Of a stretch of 64,000 nucleotides of DNA, positions 37,113-47,482 are shown one piece after another. Under the pieces are notes generated by a model that saw only the letters and a list, made by a program, of their open reading frames with translations, was not told the origin of the DNA and did no database searches. Each line of letters begins with the position of its first letter. The first letter of the stretch is position 1. The stretch is from contig JBDHUR010000003.1 in assembly GCA_039809265.1 (NCBI GenBank), positions 15,274 to 79,273 on the forward strand. Reading direction: 5' to 3'. Source of the DNA: Minisyncoccia bacterium. Lineage in GTDB: Bacteria > Patescibacteriota > Minisyncoccia > Phycocordibacterales > UBA9973. Both the position numbers and the translations under genes were made by a program.

Positions 37113-38552
37113 ATGGAAAAAGGAAATAGAAACCGAAAAGTTGTTACTCGCTTTGCGCCTAGCCCGACAGGTTTTTTGCATGTTGGTGGGGTACGCACGG
37201 CTTTGTATGCGTGGCTTTTTGCGCGGCAGCATGGAGGAACTTTTATCTTGCGAATTGAGGATACCGACAAGGCAAGAGAAGTTGCTGGGTCCATGGAGCA
37301 TATCATCCAATCTTTGAAATGGCTAGGTATTGAGTGGGACGAGGGTCCAGACATAGGCGGTCCATGCGCACCATACATACAGTCCGAGAGGCTGGATATC
37401 TACAAGAAATATGCACAAGAACTTGTAGATAAAGGCCTAGCTTATGCTGACCCTTACTCTGAAGAGCAACTTGAGGCACTTCGAGAGCAAGCGAAAGCGG
37501 AGAAAAAACCGTTTTTATATAGAGATCACAGGCCGGAAAACCCTCCTGTTTGGGATGGCACTCAGCCGCTTAGATTCAAGATAACCGATCTAAATACATA
37601 CGAATGGGATGACCTTGTGCGTGGAAAGCTATCTGCTGGTCCAGAAGCATTGGATGACTTTATAATTATAAAAAGTGACGGGTATCCTACATACAATTTG
37701 TCTCACATGATAGACGATTTGGAGATGGGTGTAACACACATAATGCGATCCGATGAATTTTTAGCTTCAACACCAAAATTCTTGGCTCTATATGAAGGTC
37801 TTGACATAAAGAGGCCAGAGATAGGCCTATTACCTCCTATAATGAGTCCAGACGGCAAGAAAAAGCTTGGTAAGAGAGACGGCGCAAAGGACATTTTAGA
37901 CTATAAAAACGAGGGGTACTTACCAGAAGCAATGATGAACTTCTTGGCTTTTATTGGCTGGAATCCAGGCGGAGAAAAAGAACTTTATTCAAAAGAAGAA
38001 CTTATAGAGGCTTTTGACATTTCAAAAGTTCATAAAAGCGGCGGCGGGTTTAACGTAGAAAAGCTAAACTGGTTTAACAGAGAATATATAAAAAAGTTAT
38101 CTAGCGCAGATTTTTGGCAATATGCAAACAGATTTATACCAGATTGGATAAGTACAGAGAAGATAGACAAAGCAGATATTGAGACTCTTTTGCGAGACAG
38201 GATAAACAAGTTTGACGAAGTGGCGGTGTTTTTTGAAGAAAGCAGATATATGTTTGAAAAGCCAGAATATGGTCCAGAAAAACTGCTATGGAAAGGCTCT
38301 TCCATTGAAAATACAAAGAAACATTTAATAAAAGTCATAGAACTTTGCAATAACATAGATTCTTGGAATAAGGATTCCGTGCATAGTATTGTCTTCCCAT
38401 ATGCAGACGAAGCTGGCCGCGGAGATGTACTTTGGCCAATGCGTGTAGCACTTTCTGGCAAAGACAAATCTCCAGATCCGTTTATTTTGGCTGGCATACT
38501 TGGTAAAGAGGAAACTATAGATAGATTGGAGGAAGCACAAAACAAGCTATAA
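37113..38552 (+). CDS. gltX: glutamyl-tRNA synthetase
   Basis: 479 aa; RFAPSPTGFLHVGG (HIGH), KLGKR (KMSKS). Confidence 0.9.
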   Translation: MEKGNRNRKVVTRFAPSPTGFLHVGGVRTALYAWLFARQHGGTFILRIEDTDKAREVAGSMEHIIQSLKWLGIEWDEGPDIGGPCAPYIQSERLDIYKKYAQELVDKGLAYADPYSEEQLEALREQAKAEKKPFLYRDHRPENPPVWDGTQPLRFKITDLNTYEWDDLVRGKLSAGPEALDDFIIIKSDGYPTYNLSHMIDDLEMGVTHIMRSDEFLASTPKFLALYEGLDIKRPEIGLLPPIMSPDGKKKLGKRDGAKDILDYKNEGYLPEAMMNFLAFIGWNPGGEKELYSKEELIEAFDISKVHKSGGGFNVEKLNWFNREYIKKLSSADFWQYANRFIPDWISTEKIDKADIETLLRDRINKFDEVAVFFEESRYMFEKPEYGPEKLLWKGSSIENTKKHLIKVIELCNNIDSWNKDSVHSIVFPYADEAGRGDVLWPMRVALSGKDKSPDPFILAGILGKEETIDRLEEAQNKL

Positions 38553-38556
38553 AATT

Positions 38557-39861
38557 ATGAGAAGTCGGGATATACACAATTTAAGAAATTTTATTGTACT
38601 CCCGCTCTTAGCACTAGTGCTTTTTCTGCCTTTTGTTATGCGTGGTCAGACTGTTGATGAACTGCAGCAAAAAATAAATGCCCGAAATGCAGACATAGAA
38701 CGCTTGGAACAAGAGATAGCATCTTACCAAAAACAGCTTGACACAACAGGTAAAGAAAAAGATACACTTGCCAAATCCATAAAACAGTTAGACCTAAACA
38801 AAAAATCCATTCTTGCAGAAATAGAAATCTTAAATGACAAGATAGACAGCAAGAACGAAGAGTTGGAAAATCTTGGCGGACAAATAGATGAAACATCCAA
38901 ACAGATAGACGTAAATACCGAAGTTGTAAAAAGCATGATCCGCAGGCTACGAGAGCAAGGCGATCAATCTCTCTTGTCATATATCATAGGAGGTTCTTCT
39001 ATCAGCGATGTTTGGAAAGAGATAGACAATATAACTGCGTTCAATGCTGAGTTATCTAACACAACTTCAATGTTGGATAATTCTAAAACAAGATTAGAAC
39101 TTCATCATAGCGAAATTGAGAAAGTAAAAACAGAATTAGAAGGCTTAAAAGCTGACCAAAACGACCAGAAGAAAATAGTAGATCAAAACACTTCAGAAAA
39201 AAATGCTTTACTCAAAGAAACAAAAAATAAAGAATCTGAATATCAGAAAATCCTAGCCGAGAAACAGAAACAGAAAGACCAGTTTGCCAGTGAAATACGG
39301 GAGTATGAAAACAAGATTTCCTTCATTTTAGATCCGTCAAAACTCCCTCAAAGCGGGCAGGGGACTTTAAGCTGGCCTCTGGACAATGTAGTAATAACTC
39401 AGCTTTTTGGTAAAACTGTTGCGGCACAAAGACTTTATACTTCAGGCACGCACAATGGTATAGATTTAGGGACAAAAATAGGTACACCGGTAAAGGCCAT
39501 GGCTGATGGTGTGATTATAGGCACAGGAGATACAGATGTACAATGTAAAGGTGTTTCTTTCGGCCGTTTTATAACTATTAAGTATGACAATGGCTTATCT
39601 AGTACTTTTGGACACCTTAGCGTTGTACGGGTAAGCAATGGCGATAGAGTAACCCGCGGACAAGTAGTTGGACTTTCTGGAAATACTGGCTACTCTACTG
39701 GCCCACATCTGCATGTCTCTGTTTACGCCAACGGATCTGTAGAAGTTAAGACTTTACCATCGTTGTCCTGTAAAGGGAAAGTTTTAACACAGCCGATAGC
39801 TGCGACCAACGGCTATTTAGACCCCATGCTCTACTTGCCGCCAGTACCGGCAAAAAATTAA
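38557..39861 (+). CDS. M23-family metallopeptidase with N-terminal coiled coil (EnvC-like)
   Basis: 434 aa; signal/TM, long coiled coil, HNGIDLG and GNTGYSTGPHLHVSV LytM motifs. Confidence 0.8.
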   Translation: MRSRDIHNLRNFIVLPLLALVLFLPFVMRGQTVDELQQKINARNADIERLEQEIASYQKQLDTTGKEKDTLAKSIKQLDLNKKSILAEIEILNDKIDSKNEELENLGGQIDETSKQIDVNTEVVKSMIRRLREQGDQSLLSYIIGGSSISDVWKEIDNITAFNAELSNTTSMLDNSKTRLELHHSEIEKVKTELEGLKADQNDQKKIVDQNTSEKNALLKETKNKESEYQKILAEKQKQKDQFASEIREYENKISFILDPSKLPQSGQGTLSWPLDNVVITQLFGKTVAAQRLYTSGTHNGIDLGTKIGTPVKAMADGVIIGTGDTDVQCKGVSFGRFITIKYDNGLSSTFGHLSVVRVSNGDRVTRGQVVGLSGNTGYSTGPHLHVSVYANGSVEVKTLPSLSCKGKVLTQPIAATNGYLDPMLYLPPVPAKN

Positions 39862-39864
39862 TCT

Positions 39865-40881
39865 ATGCTTAAAAAAGTAAGACATTTCTATGAAAAATAC
39901 GAGATACCGCTTTCTTACGGCTCTCTTTTTTTGGGCTTCATCATAGATTCATTCACACTAACAAGAGTGGACAGAATGTTTGATCTTTTTTGGGTTTTAG
40001 GACACGTAATGGTGGCTTCTATCGCTTTAATAATATTCAATAAATTTTATACTAAACCGAAAATAAAATTCTTAGCTGAGCTAGCTATCCAGTTTGCTTT
40101 TGGAGGACTCCTAAGTGCATGTTTGGTATTTTATGCAAGAGGTGCAACACTTTCATATAACTGGCCTTTTATACTCATCTTGCTAGCTGCTTTTGTCTGC
40201 AGCGAATATTTCAAAAAACATTTTGAGAAAATGGCGTTGCAAGTCTCATTTCTATTTTTTGCATTATTCTCTTTTAGCATATTCTTTGTGCCAGTCATTA
40301 TAGGTAGAATAGGGGATATTATATTTATCTTATCCGGCATTATGAGTCTGATTTTTATAAGCATTTTTCTCGCCATCCTATACGGCACAACTAAAGAAAA
40401 ATTTAAGGAAAGCAGGAAATATGTTTTTATATCAATTATCGGAATTTTTGTTTCAATAAATATTCTTTACTTTACAAATCTCATTCCGCCATTACCGCTT
40501 TCACTCAAAGACGCTGGCGCATATACAAATATTATAAAAACAAATGACGGATATGTGCTAGAGGGCGAGCAGAACACTTTTGCTACGCTTCATGGCCTGC
40601 GCCTAAAGCATTTCTCCTACAATGACAATATATACGTCTACACAGCTATATTTGCTCCAGCAAATATAAGTATCCCTATAGTTCACGAATGGCAATACTA
40701 TGATACTACAGCAAAAAAATGGAAAACTCACAGTACTATAAAACTTAAAATCATAGGCGGAAGAGATGAAGGTTTTCGTACTTACTCCAAATCTTATTCA
40801 CAAAGCAAAGGAAAATGGCGTGTAAACGTACGCACCGAACCTGGCGCACTTATTGGGCGTGTGCAGTTTGTAGTAGAATAG
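39865..40881 (+). CDS. hypothetical polytopic membrane protein with C-terminal soluble domain
   Basis: 338 aa; about 7 TM helices then a ~130 aa beta-rich domain. No motif recognised. Confidence 0.45.
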   Translation: MLKKVRHFYEKYEIPLSYGSLFLGFIIDSFTLTRVDRMFDLFWVLGHVMVASIALIIFNKFYTKPKIKFLAELAIQFAFGGLLSACLVFYARGATLSYNWPFILILLAAFVCSEYFKKHFEKMALQVSFLFFALFSFSIFFVPVIIGRIGDIIFILSGIMSLIFISIFLAILYGTTKEKFKESRKYVFISIIGIFVSINILYFTNLIPPLPLSLKDAGAYTNIIKTNDGYVLEGEQNTFATLHGLRLKHFSYNDNIYVYTAIFAPANISIPIVHEWQYYDTTAKKWKTHSTIKLKIIGGRDEGFRTYSKSYSQSKGKWRVNVRTEPGALIGRVQFVVE

Positions 40882-40884
40882 TAG

Positions 40885-40914
40885 TTTACATTGCCAAAAG
40901 TTTTGTGGTATAAT
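40885..40914 (+). promoter_or_regulatory. promoter with extended -10 (TTTACA-18-TGgTATAAT)
   Basis: -35 TTTACA at 40885-40890, TGgTATAAT at 40906-40914. Upstream of the SWIB gene. Confidence 0.5.
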
Positions 40915-40969
40915 GGAGCTGGTTTAGTGAACATTATTAATTTATCCATAAATAATAAAATAAATTTAT

Positions 40970-41230
40970 ATGGCAGAAAAGAAAATAAATAGTGCTTTTA
41001 TGAAGCCTTTGGCTGTTAGTGATGAACTTTCCCTCGTAGTAGGTAAAGGTCCGATGCCAAGAAGCGAAGTTGTAAAGAAGCTTTGGGATTATATCAAGAA
41101 AAATAAGCTTCAAGATGAGAAGAACAAGCGTAACATAAACGCTGACGATAAGCTTAAAAAGGTCTTTGGTGGAAAGGGAACAGTTTCTATGTTTGAGATG
41201 ACAAAGCTCGTTTCCAAGCACCTATCATAA
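40970..41230 (+). CDS. SWIB/MDM2-domain protein
   Basis: 86 aa; MKPLAVSDELSLVVGKGPMPRSEVVKKLWDYIKKNKLQD is a typical SWIB domain. Confidence 0.8.
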   Translation: MAEKKINSAFMKPLAVSDELSLVVGKGPMPRSEVVKKLWDYIKKNKLQDEKNKRNINADDKLKKVFGGKGTVSMFEMTKLVSKHLS

Positions 41231-41253
41231 AGATTTAATTCTTTATCTAAAAT

Positions 41254-41290
41254 AAAACCCGCGTTTTTAAAAACGCGGGTTTTATTTTTT
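41254..41290 (+). terminator. rho-independent terminator
   Basis: aaaacccgcgttttt/aaaaacgcgggtttt followed by a T-run. Confidence 0.65.
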
Positions 41291-41521
41291 CTTAAGTAGA
41301 TAAGAAAGAACATATGCAAGTTTTAAGCTATATTCACACAAAGCCTTTTTGAGAGTATGATAACCTACAGGGAAAGGGAGTATAAAACAGAGTTAAAAGT
41401 ATTTAAATGCTTGGCGGACACTGTTAGATTTAATTTTATTTGAGCGAGCTTAGTGTCGCACAATATATCTTTGCGGTAATACCACTACTACAGGAAGAAT
41501 TAGCCATAAATATAAATACCG

Positions 41522-41977
41522 CTAAGACTGAATGCATTCGTTATAAACATTCACTTGTGCATTATATTGAGCCACAGAATCTTTCTCATTCTTTACCATT
41601 TCGTTAAACCCTGCTACTTTTTCATTGAAAGCGTTCACGTCGTCTTCTTTTGAGCCATCTGCCAAGACTTTGTCTTTAAGATCATTTAGCTCTTTTTCCA
41701 TGCTACCGAGATTGTCCTCTAAGACTGCTATGTGCTGTTTTAGATCTTCTGATGCCGGCATACATCCATTTGTATCTGTGGTGGTGCTACTATTATTACC
41801 GTTATTTTGGCTTGACGTACCATTTTGAGCTGATGGATCTATAAGCTCACTAGCAGCCTCCAGCGCATTCTTGTTGATAAATCTGTGATACAAGTCTACG
41901 ATCTGACCTTTAAGCACATATAATGTGCACAAAACAAAAACTATTATTAGAATATTTATAAAAAGTCTTGATTTCAT
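41522..41977 (-). CDS. hypothetical membrane-anchored coiled-coil protein
   Basis: Start moved to internal Met (MKSRLFINILIIVFVL...). The ORF-track N-terminal extension overlaps the upstream gene. Confidence 0.4.
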   Translation of the reverse strand: MKSRLFINILIIVFVLCTLYVLKGQIVDLYHRFINKNALEAASELIDPSAQNGTSSQNNGNNSSTTTDTNGCMPASEDLKQHIAVLEDNLGSMEKELNDLKDKVLADGSKEDDVNAFNEKVAGFNEMVKNEKDSVAQYNAQVNVYNECIQS

Positions 41978-41981
41978 ATTT

Positions 41982-42431
41982 TTATTTACATGAAGTTGAT
42001 TTGGTATAACCCTTGGCCTCGGCTTCTTCTTCTGTTGCAAAATAGATCTTATTTGTCTCAGATAAGCTTTTGGCGCCAGAGCACCACGTATAATAATATT
42101 TCGTACCTTTCTTGGAAGCAACAATTTGTTTCTGAAGTTCCGTTGGCTGGCTATTTGCACCCTCCACTAATTTTTCTGTCTGACTTGACACAATAGACGA
42201 AGTATTGTCGGATGATGTTTTGACAATATTTGCTGTATTTTGAACCAAACCCTGCATGTCTCTAGGATAGACCAAAGACACTGGAGAAGCCCCGGAACGA
42301 GCCATAGAGAGCCTGCCAAGTCCAAAAGCAGCTACAGCTACCAAAACAAGAGTTATAACGATATAAACATCCTTCCCTGTTTCTGAGCCGGCTAAACCCT
42401 TGATTTTTTGGCTAAAATCTTTTATACTCAT
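41982..42431 (-). CDS. hypothetical membrane-anchored protein with Cys-containing C-terminal module
   Basis: Start moved to internal Met (MSIKDF). TM helix VYIVITLVLVAVAAFGL. C-terminal KYYYTWCSGAKSLSETNKIYFATEEEAEAKGYTKSTSCK. Confidence 0.4.
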   Translation of the reverse strand: MSIKDFSQKIKGLAGSETGKDVYIVITLVLVAVAAFGLGRLSMARSGASPVSLVYPRDMQGLVQNTANIVKTSSDNTSSIVSSQTEKLVEGANSQPTELQKQIVASKKGTKYYYTWCSGAKSLSETNKIYFATEEEAEAKGYTKSTSCK

Positions 42432-42504
42432 CCTATCTTGATTATAAGTAATAAAAAGATGCTTGGCTAGTTGATTCCTCGTGGAATAGGCCAAAAACAC
42501 ATTT

Positions 42505-42777
42505 ATGGCACATAGAAAAGCGGGCGGTTCCGCTAAAAACCTAAAAGATTCAAATCCCAAGTATTTGGGCACGAAGCTATATGATGGCCAAAAGACAAAA
42601 GCAGGCCAAGTAATAGTACGACAGCGAGGCACAAAAATCATGGCCGGAGTAGGAGTTGGTGTCGGGAGAGATCATACATTGTTTGCATTAAAAGAAGGTA
42701 CTGTGAAGTTCAAAGATACACGCAAAGTACACTTCAACGGCAAAACAATAGCCAAGAAAACAGCAAATGTTATTTAA
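42505..42777 (+). CDS. rpmA: 50S ribosomal protein L27
   Basis: 90 aa; [16 protein letters not shown]... Unusually separated from rplU. Confidence 0.9.
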   Translation: MAHRKAGGSAKNLKDSNPKYLGTKLYDGQKTKAGQVIVRQRGTKIMAGVGVGVGRDHTLFALKEGTVKFKDTRKVHFNGKTIAKKTANVI

Positions 42778-42780
42778 TAA

Positions 42781-42810
42781 AAATTCCCCGGATCGGGGAA
42801 TTTTTATTTT
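42781..42810. terminator. bidirectional terminator between rpmA and rplI
   Basis: aaattccccg-gatc-ggggaattt flanked by A/T runs. Confidence 0.6.
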
Positions 42811-43249
42811 ATATGTTCTTAATTTCTACAGAAAACTCTGTCTTCTTGCCAAGTATCTCTACGCAAACTTTGTAGTCACCAAGCTCCTTTATGGGTTTTT
42901 CTAAAATTATAAACTTCGGATCTATTTCTATCTTTTTCTTAGCGAGTTCTTCAGCCAAATCTTCCTTGTGAATACTGGAGAATAAATGCCCAGCTTCATT
43001 TGCTTTTCGCTCCAGAAATATTTGGACGTCTTTTACCTGTGATAAATTCTTCATAAGCAGGTCTTTTTGAACTTCCTTTTTTACAACCACAGCTTGCTTC
43101 ATGGTGCGGATTTTCTCCACAGCTTTATCTGTTGCAATTTCTACAAGCTTTTTAGGAAGCAAGAAATTGTGCGCGTATCCATCCTGCACATCCTTAACGT
43201 CGTGCTTCTTGGCAACACCTTTGACATCCTGCAGGAATATAACCTTCAT
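42809..43249 (-). CDS. rplI: 50S ribosomal protein L9
   Basis: 146 aa; [32 protein letters not shown]. Confidence 0.85.
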   Translation of the reverse strand: MKVIFLQDVKGVAKKHDVKDVQDGYAHNFLLPKKLVEIATDKAVEKIRTMKQAVVVKKEVQKDLLMKNLSQVKDVQIFLERKANEAGHLFSSIHKEDLAEELAKKKIEIDPKFIILEKPIKELGDYKVCVEILGKKTEFSVEIKNI

Positions 43250-43265
43250 ATGAAGATATACTACA

Positions 43266-44483
43266 CTATTTGTTCAAGAATTCAACAGCCTTATCCATTT
43301 GCGGATCTTTCTTGTTTTTTGCGTCATCTTCTGTAAATGGAACTTTGATATCTGGCTCTATGCCTTTCTCTGAGATTGAAACACCTTTTGGTGTAAGCCA
43401 TTTTGCAATAGTGACTTTCAAAGATGTGTCGTCTGTAACATTTACTACTTCTTGAACTGAACCTTTACCATAAGTGGTATCACCGACAAGTGTAGCCTTG
43501 TCATTATCTTTCAGCGCGCCAGCCAAAATCTCTGAAGCAGAAGCAGAGCCACCGTCTACAAGGATCACTAGCTTCAGCTGGTTTGTAAATACATCATAGC
43601 CTTTAGATCGGTGGACTATTGTGTCTCCATTTTTACCAAAATCTTCCGACACTACAACATCACCCGATGGCAAGAACCAGCTAGCCATGTCTATGGCAGC
43701 ATCAAGATACCCGCCCGGGTTGCCTCGCAAGTCTATGATAAGCTTTGAAGAACCGCTGTCAGCAAACTCTTTCAAAGCATTGCGGAAAAGTTTTGGTGAA
43801 TTTGCAGAAAAACTGTACAAACTTATAACAAAGACTCCATCATCGCGCTTTTTTGTATCTATCACAGGTGCTTCTATCGTGTCACGGACAATACTGATTT
43901 CTTTTGGAGAAGTCAGTCCTTTACGAACTACTGTCAGCTTTACTGTTGTCCCCTTCTCTCCGCGTATCAGCTTTACAGCTTCGTCCACGCTCAATCCAGA
44001 TGTTACTTTATCGTCAATCTTTAGTATCTGGTCACCAGATTGCATTCCTGCTTTTTCGGAAGGAGAACCTTTCAGAGGAGATATAACTGTCAATATGCTG
44101 TCTTTTATATCCACTTCCATGCCAACACCACTAAACTCGCCACTAATGGTTTCGTTGAACGATTTATTTTCTTCTGGATCAAAAAATACAGTGTATGGAT
44201 CACCATACGATGCAGCCAAACCTTTTATCGCACCATATATGCGTTCTTTGTTTGTTACTTTATCTGCGTCTGGATACTTTTTATTCAAAATATCCCAAAC
44301 TTGCCAAAAAGGCTCAAAATCTTCTTGGGATGCGCCGGTATCTGTCGGCGGAGTTTTGTTTATAACAGAAGCTACTCGTTCTACATAAGGACGCCTATTG
44401 TAACCAAAGTAACTACCAGCAAAAAATGCCAGAACTATAGCGATAACTGCACACGAGATAAAAAATGTTTTGTCTTTTTTCAT
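43266..44483 (-). CDS. ctpA: carboxyl-terminal processing protease (S41) with PDZ domain
   Basis: 405 aa; N-terminal [22 protein letters not shown] catalytic Ser region, KGS...K dyad. Confidence 0.85.
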   Translation of the reverse strand: MKKDKTFFISCAVIAIVLAFFAGSYFGYNRRPYVERVASVINKTPPTDTGASQEDFEPFWQVWDILNKKYPDADKVTNKERIYGAIKGLAASYGDPYTVFFDPEENKSFNETISGEFSGVGMEVDIKDSILTVISPLKGSPSEKAGMQSGDQILKIDDKVTSGLSVDEAVKLIRGEKGTTVKLTVVRKGLTSPKEISIVRDTIEAPVIDTKKRDDGVFVISLYSFSANSPKLFRNALKEFADSGSSKLIIDLRGNPGGYLDAAIDMASWFLPSGDVVVSEDFGKNGDTIVHRSKGYDVFTNQLKLVILVDGGSASASEILAGALKDNDKATLVGDTTYGKGSVQEVVNVTDDTSLKVTIAKWLTPKGVSISEKGIEPDIKVPFTEDDAKNKKDPQMDKAVEFLNK

Positions 44484-44495
44484 AAAATAATTTGC

Positions 44496-45704
44496 TTAAG
44501 ATGAAAGTAATGCAGATGCAGTGTAAGTGTTTGCTGCATCCCATAACAGCCAGGAATTTAAGCCTACATCATAGGTTGCTTGCATTTGAGTACGCACCAT
44601 ATCGGCAGTGTATGTCGCACCCAAGTTAAAATCTTGAATCCATGGACGAAGTTTGGCTGGATCCTCGCCTATAGCTTTCGCTCGCGCCACAGCTCCTTCC
44701 ATGGAAGTCTTTACTATCTCGTACGGATGTTTTGCTGGCTCGGCTATGTTATAAGAACCTTTGGCATAATGAGACGGATACACCATTGGACATATGTAGT
44801 CAAAATATGGCAAAGCTTTCTCTAATACTTGGCCAATACCAAGGTCGTCTTTTGAAGTTGTAACCAAACCAAACATATCTGCAGATGTTTTTATTCCACT
44901 ATCTTTCAAAGCTTCATGTAGGTGTTCATAAAAATTTTTCATTATATCTGCGCGAGTAATTGTACCACCCTCATTTGGATATGCAATATCTTTCATGTTT
45001 CCATCAGAAGGAAAACGAATGTAGTCAAAATTTATTTCATCAAAACCCATTGCATAAGATTCGTTCGCAATATCTACTATGTATTTCCATACATCTTCAT
45101 TTGAAGGGTCTAAAAAACTCAAACCTTTATTGTCTTTCCAAACAGCTCCGGTTGATTTTGTTTTTATAGCCCAGTCTGGATTTAGTTTTGCCATATATGG
45201 GTCTTGAAAAACAGTTAGCCTGCCAACCACATATATACCCTTGCTGTGTAAATCAGCTATGAGTTTTTTTGGGGCTGCTATTCTTTTCTCTGTTGACTTA
45301 TATTGAGTAATGTCTGGATTTTTCATCTCAAAAGAGATTTTTCCAGTTGAGTCTTTTATGTCTATCACTACAGTATTTAACTCTGTAGTATCCACCATTT
45401 TTACAATTTTGGAAAACAGATTTGCCGAGCCAGCAACCCAGCTAGACACATATACACCCTTGACCTCACTCGGTGTTTCGATGTGCGTAACAACAACAGC
45501 ATCTTCCCCAGACAGAAAAGACATTTCTGTCTTTTCTGGTACACTCACCATTTCTTCTAAGGTATTTCCACCAGAATTTCCTACACCAGCAGTATTCGCT
45601 GTGTATCTTATTGAAGCAATGTCTGGCTCAAAAAATGCATACGAAACAAAAGCTGCCGCTACAGCAATAAGAACAGCAGCAAATATCAATAATTTTTTAT
45701 TCAT
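44496..45704 (-). CDS. secreted glycoside-hydrolase-like TIM-barrel protein (GHL/DUF4015-like), putative
   Basis: 402 aa; signal peptide; FDEINFDYIRFPSDG segment resembling GHL-family putative glycosidases. Weak assignment. Confidence 0.4.
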   Translation of the reverse strand: MNKKLLIFAAVLIAVAAAFVSYAFFEPDIASIRYTANTAGVGNSGGNTLEEMVSVPEKTEMSFLSGEDAVVVTHIETPSEVKGVYVSSWVAGSANLFSKIVKMVDTTELNTVVIDIKDSTGKISFEMKNPDITQYKSTEKRIAAPKKLIADLHSKGIYVVGRLTVFQDPYMAKLNPDWAIKTKSTGAVWKDNKGLSFLDPSNEDVWKYIVDIANESYAMGFDEINFDYIRFPSDGNMKDIAYPNEGGTITRADIMKNFYEHLHEALKDSGIKTSADMFGLVTTSKDDLGIGQVLEKALPYFDYICPMVYPSHYAKGSYNIAEPAKHPYEIVKTSMEGAVARAKAIGEDPAKLRPWIQDFNLGATYTADMVRTQMQATYDVGLNSWLLWDAANTYTASALLSS

Positions 45705-46206
45705 GTATATTTTCTACTCCTTGCTGGTAAGGATATGTGGATGAAACCCTGTACTGCTTGTGGGGCGCAACTTCTTGCTCTTGATTATTTTCTGATTCAG
45801 CATTTTCAGAAATATCTGGAACCTCCCTTTCTATAACACGCACAACTCTCCTCCTGCGAATGCGCGGAGGTGCCGCCTGCTCAGGTGCTTCAGACCCTGC
45901 AGTACCATACATATCAGCAATGTCTGTATTGGGGCGTTGCTCTACAAAAGACTGTGATGTATTGCGCAGCTTGGCCAAGAAGTCTCGTCTTTCCCTATAT
46001 AACAAATATCCTACAGTAAAGATTAAAAGCCCTATAATAGCTAAAACTATTCTCTTCCAGAAAAATGGAACCCCAAAGAATGGAAAGATTGCAGTAAAAA
46101 GTCCTAGTATACAGATGATCCGTTGTTTGAGCATGTTTGTGATGAAAAATAATTTATATAAATGTATTATACACGAAAAATAAGAAAAGCTATGTGAATT
46201 AGGCAT
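45697..46206 (-). CDS. hypothetical membrane protein with Arg-rich linker
   Basis: 169 aa; two N-terminal TM helices, RRRRVVRV tract. No motif recognised. Confidence 0.35.
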   Translation of the reverse strand: MPNSHSFSYFSCIIHLYKLFFITNMLKQRIICILGLFTAIFPFFGVPFFWKRIVLAIIGLLIFTVGYLLYRERRDFLAKLRNTSQSFVEQRPNTDIADMYGTAGSEAPEQAAPPRIRRRRVVRVIEREVPDISENAESENNQEQEVAPHKQYRVSSTYPYQQGVENIHE

Positions 46207-46843
46207 GGACGAAGGCAGAGATGCGCTTTACTTTATGCGAGCGCGGTATTATAATGCCGACAGGGGCAGGTTTTTATCAGAAGACCCTGTGTGGGATGAA
46301 AACCTGTTCCCTTATGGTAACAACAATCCCGCAACTAATATTGATCCGAATGGAGATTGTCCTATTTGTTTGGTTTTAGGTGAAGCTGGGTTTGGTATTG
46401 CAACAGGTTACGGCATTGCGAAACTAACAGGACAAGATTATACTTGGAAAAACGCTGTTGTTGATGGTGCATTAGGTGCTATTACTGCGGGGGCAAGTAT
46501 TTATGCAGGGATAGCTAAGATTGGGGCAAAGGGAGGTATTGCAAGTTCTAGAGCATTAGGTAGAGCAATGGAAGAATCGTTGGGGATGCTTAAATCAAAA
46601 ACTTCTATTAATATCGGAGGTAAAATTAGATTCCCCGATAGATTAACAAATGGATTTTTGGAAGAAGCTAAAAATGTTGCGCATTTAAATTTTACAAGAC
46701 AACTAAAGGATTATTTAAAATATTCTCAGGATAATGGTTTGCAGATGATTTTACATACAAGGGGAAGTACAACTTTCTCCAAAACTCTTCAAAAGCTAAT
46801 TGATGACGGTATTATTATTCATAAAAAAGTGCCTGGGTTTTAA
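46205..46843 (+). CDS. orphan RHS C-terminal tip: RHS core end motif plus Gly-rich hydrophobic linker plus putative PD-(D/E)xK-type toxin domain
   Basis: ALYFMRARYYNADRGRFLSEDPV...YGNNNPATNIDPNG is the canonical RHS core C-terminal motif. Downstream RFPDRL...EEAKN fits PD-x(n)-ExK. No RHS repeat body upstream. Confidence 0.6.
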   Translation: MDEGRDALYFMRARYYNADRGRFLSEDPVWDENLFPYGNNNPATNIDPNGDCPICLVLGEAGFGIATGYGIAKLTGQDYTWKNAVVDGALGAITAGASIYAGIAKIGAKGGIASSRALGRAMEESLGMLKSKTSINIGGKIRFPDRLTNGFLEEAKNVAHLNFTRQLKDYLKYSQDNGLQMILHTRGSTTFSKTLQKLIDDGIIIHKKVPGF

Positions 46844-46856
46844 TATATAAATTTTT

Positions 46857-47453
46857 ATGACTGATTTAAATATTTTAGAAAAACGTTGGGCAGAATTAGC
46901 CAGTAAGCCAAAGTCAAAAGAAGAAATCGAGGAAGTATTGCTACTTGGTAAGAAAATTGAGTTAGAGCGAGCAAAAGAATATAAAGGATTAATTAATGAG
47001 CTTGCAGGTATAGGCATAAATATAACATCAATTTGGGATTTAGTAAATACAAAAGCTAAATATCCCGATGCCATTACATACTTATTAAAATATTTACCAA
47101 TGGTTACTTACGAAAGGAATAAAGAGGGTATAATAAGAGCCTTAACTGTCTCTGAAGCAAAAGGAGTAGCAATTCCAGTTCTTTTAAATGAATATTTAAA
47201 ATTACCTAAAGAAAAGGAAAATTTAAGATGGATAATTGGCAATGCTGTGAATGTAATTGCTACAAAAAATGATGTGGAGACAATAATCCCCATTGTTTTG
47301 GATAAAGAAAATGGGCCATCAAGACAAATGTTCGTATCGGCATTAGGTAAAATAAAAAATGAAAAAATAAAAAATGTGTTACTTCAACTAATTAATGATG
47401 ATGATAAGGTTATTAGGGATGAGGCTCAAAAAGTCTTGAAGAAGTTTAAATAA
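46857..47453 (+). CDS. HEAT/PBS-lyase-like repeat protein, candidate immunity protein
   Basis: 198 aa; repeated helical LxxLxxD..VR..A motifs; immediately downstream of the toxin tip. Confidence 0.5.
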   Translation: MTDLNILEKRWAELASKPKSKEEIEEVLLLGKKIELERAKEYKGLINELAGIGINITSIWDLVNTKAKYPDAITYLLKYLPMVTYERNKEGIIRALTVSEAKGVAIPVLLNEYLKLPKEKENLRWIIGNAVNVIATKNDVETIIPIVLDKENGPSRQMFVSALGKIKNEKIKNVLLQLINDDDKVIRDEAQKVLKKFK

Positions 47454-47482
47454 AAGAGTTTTAAATTCAAAACAGAATAAAA

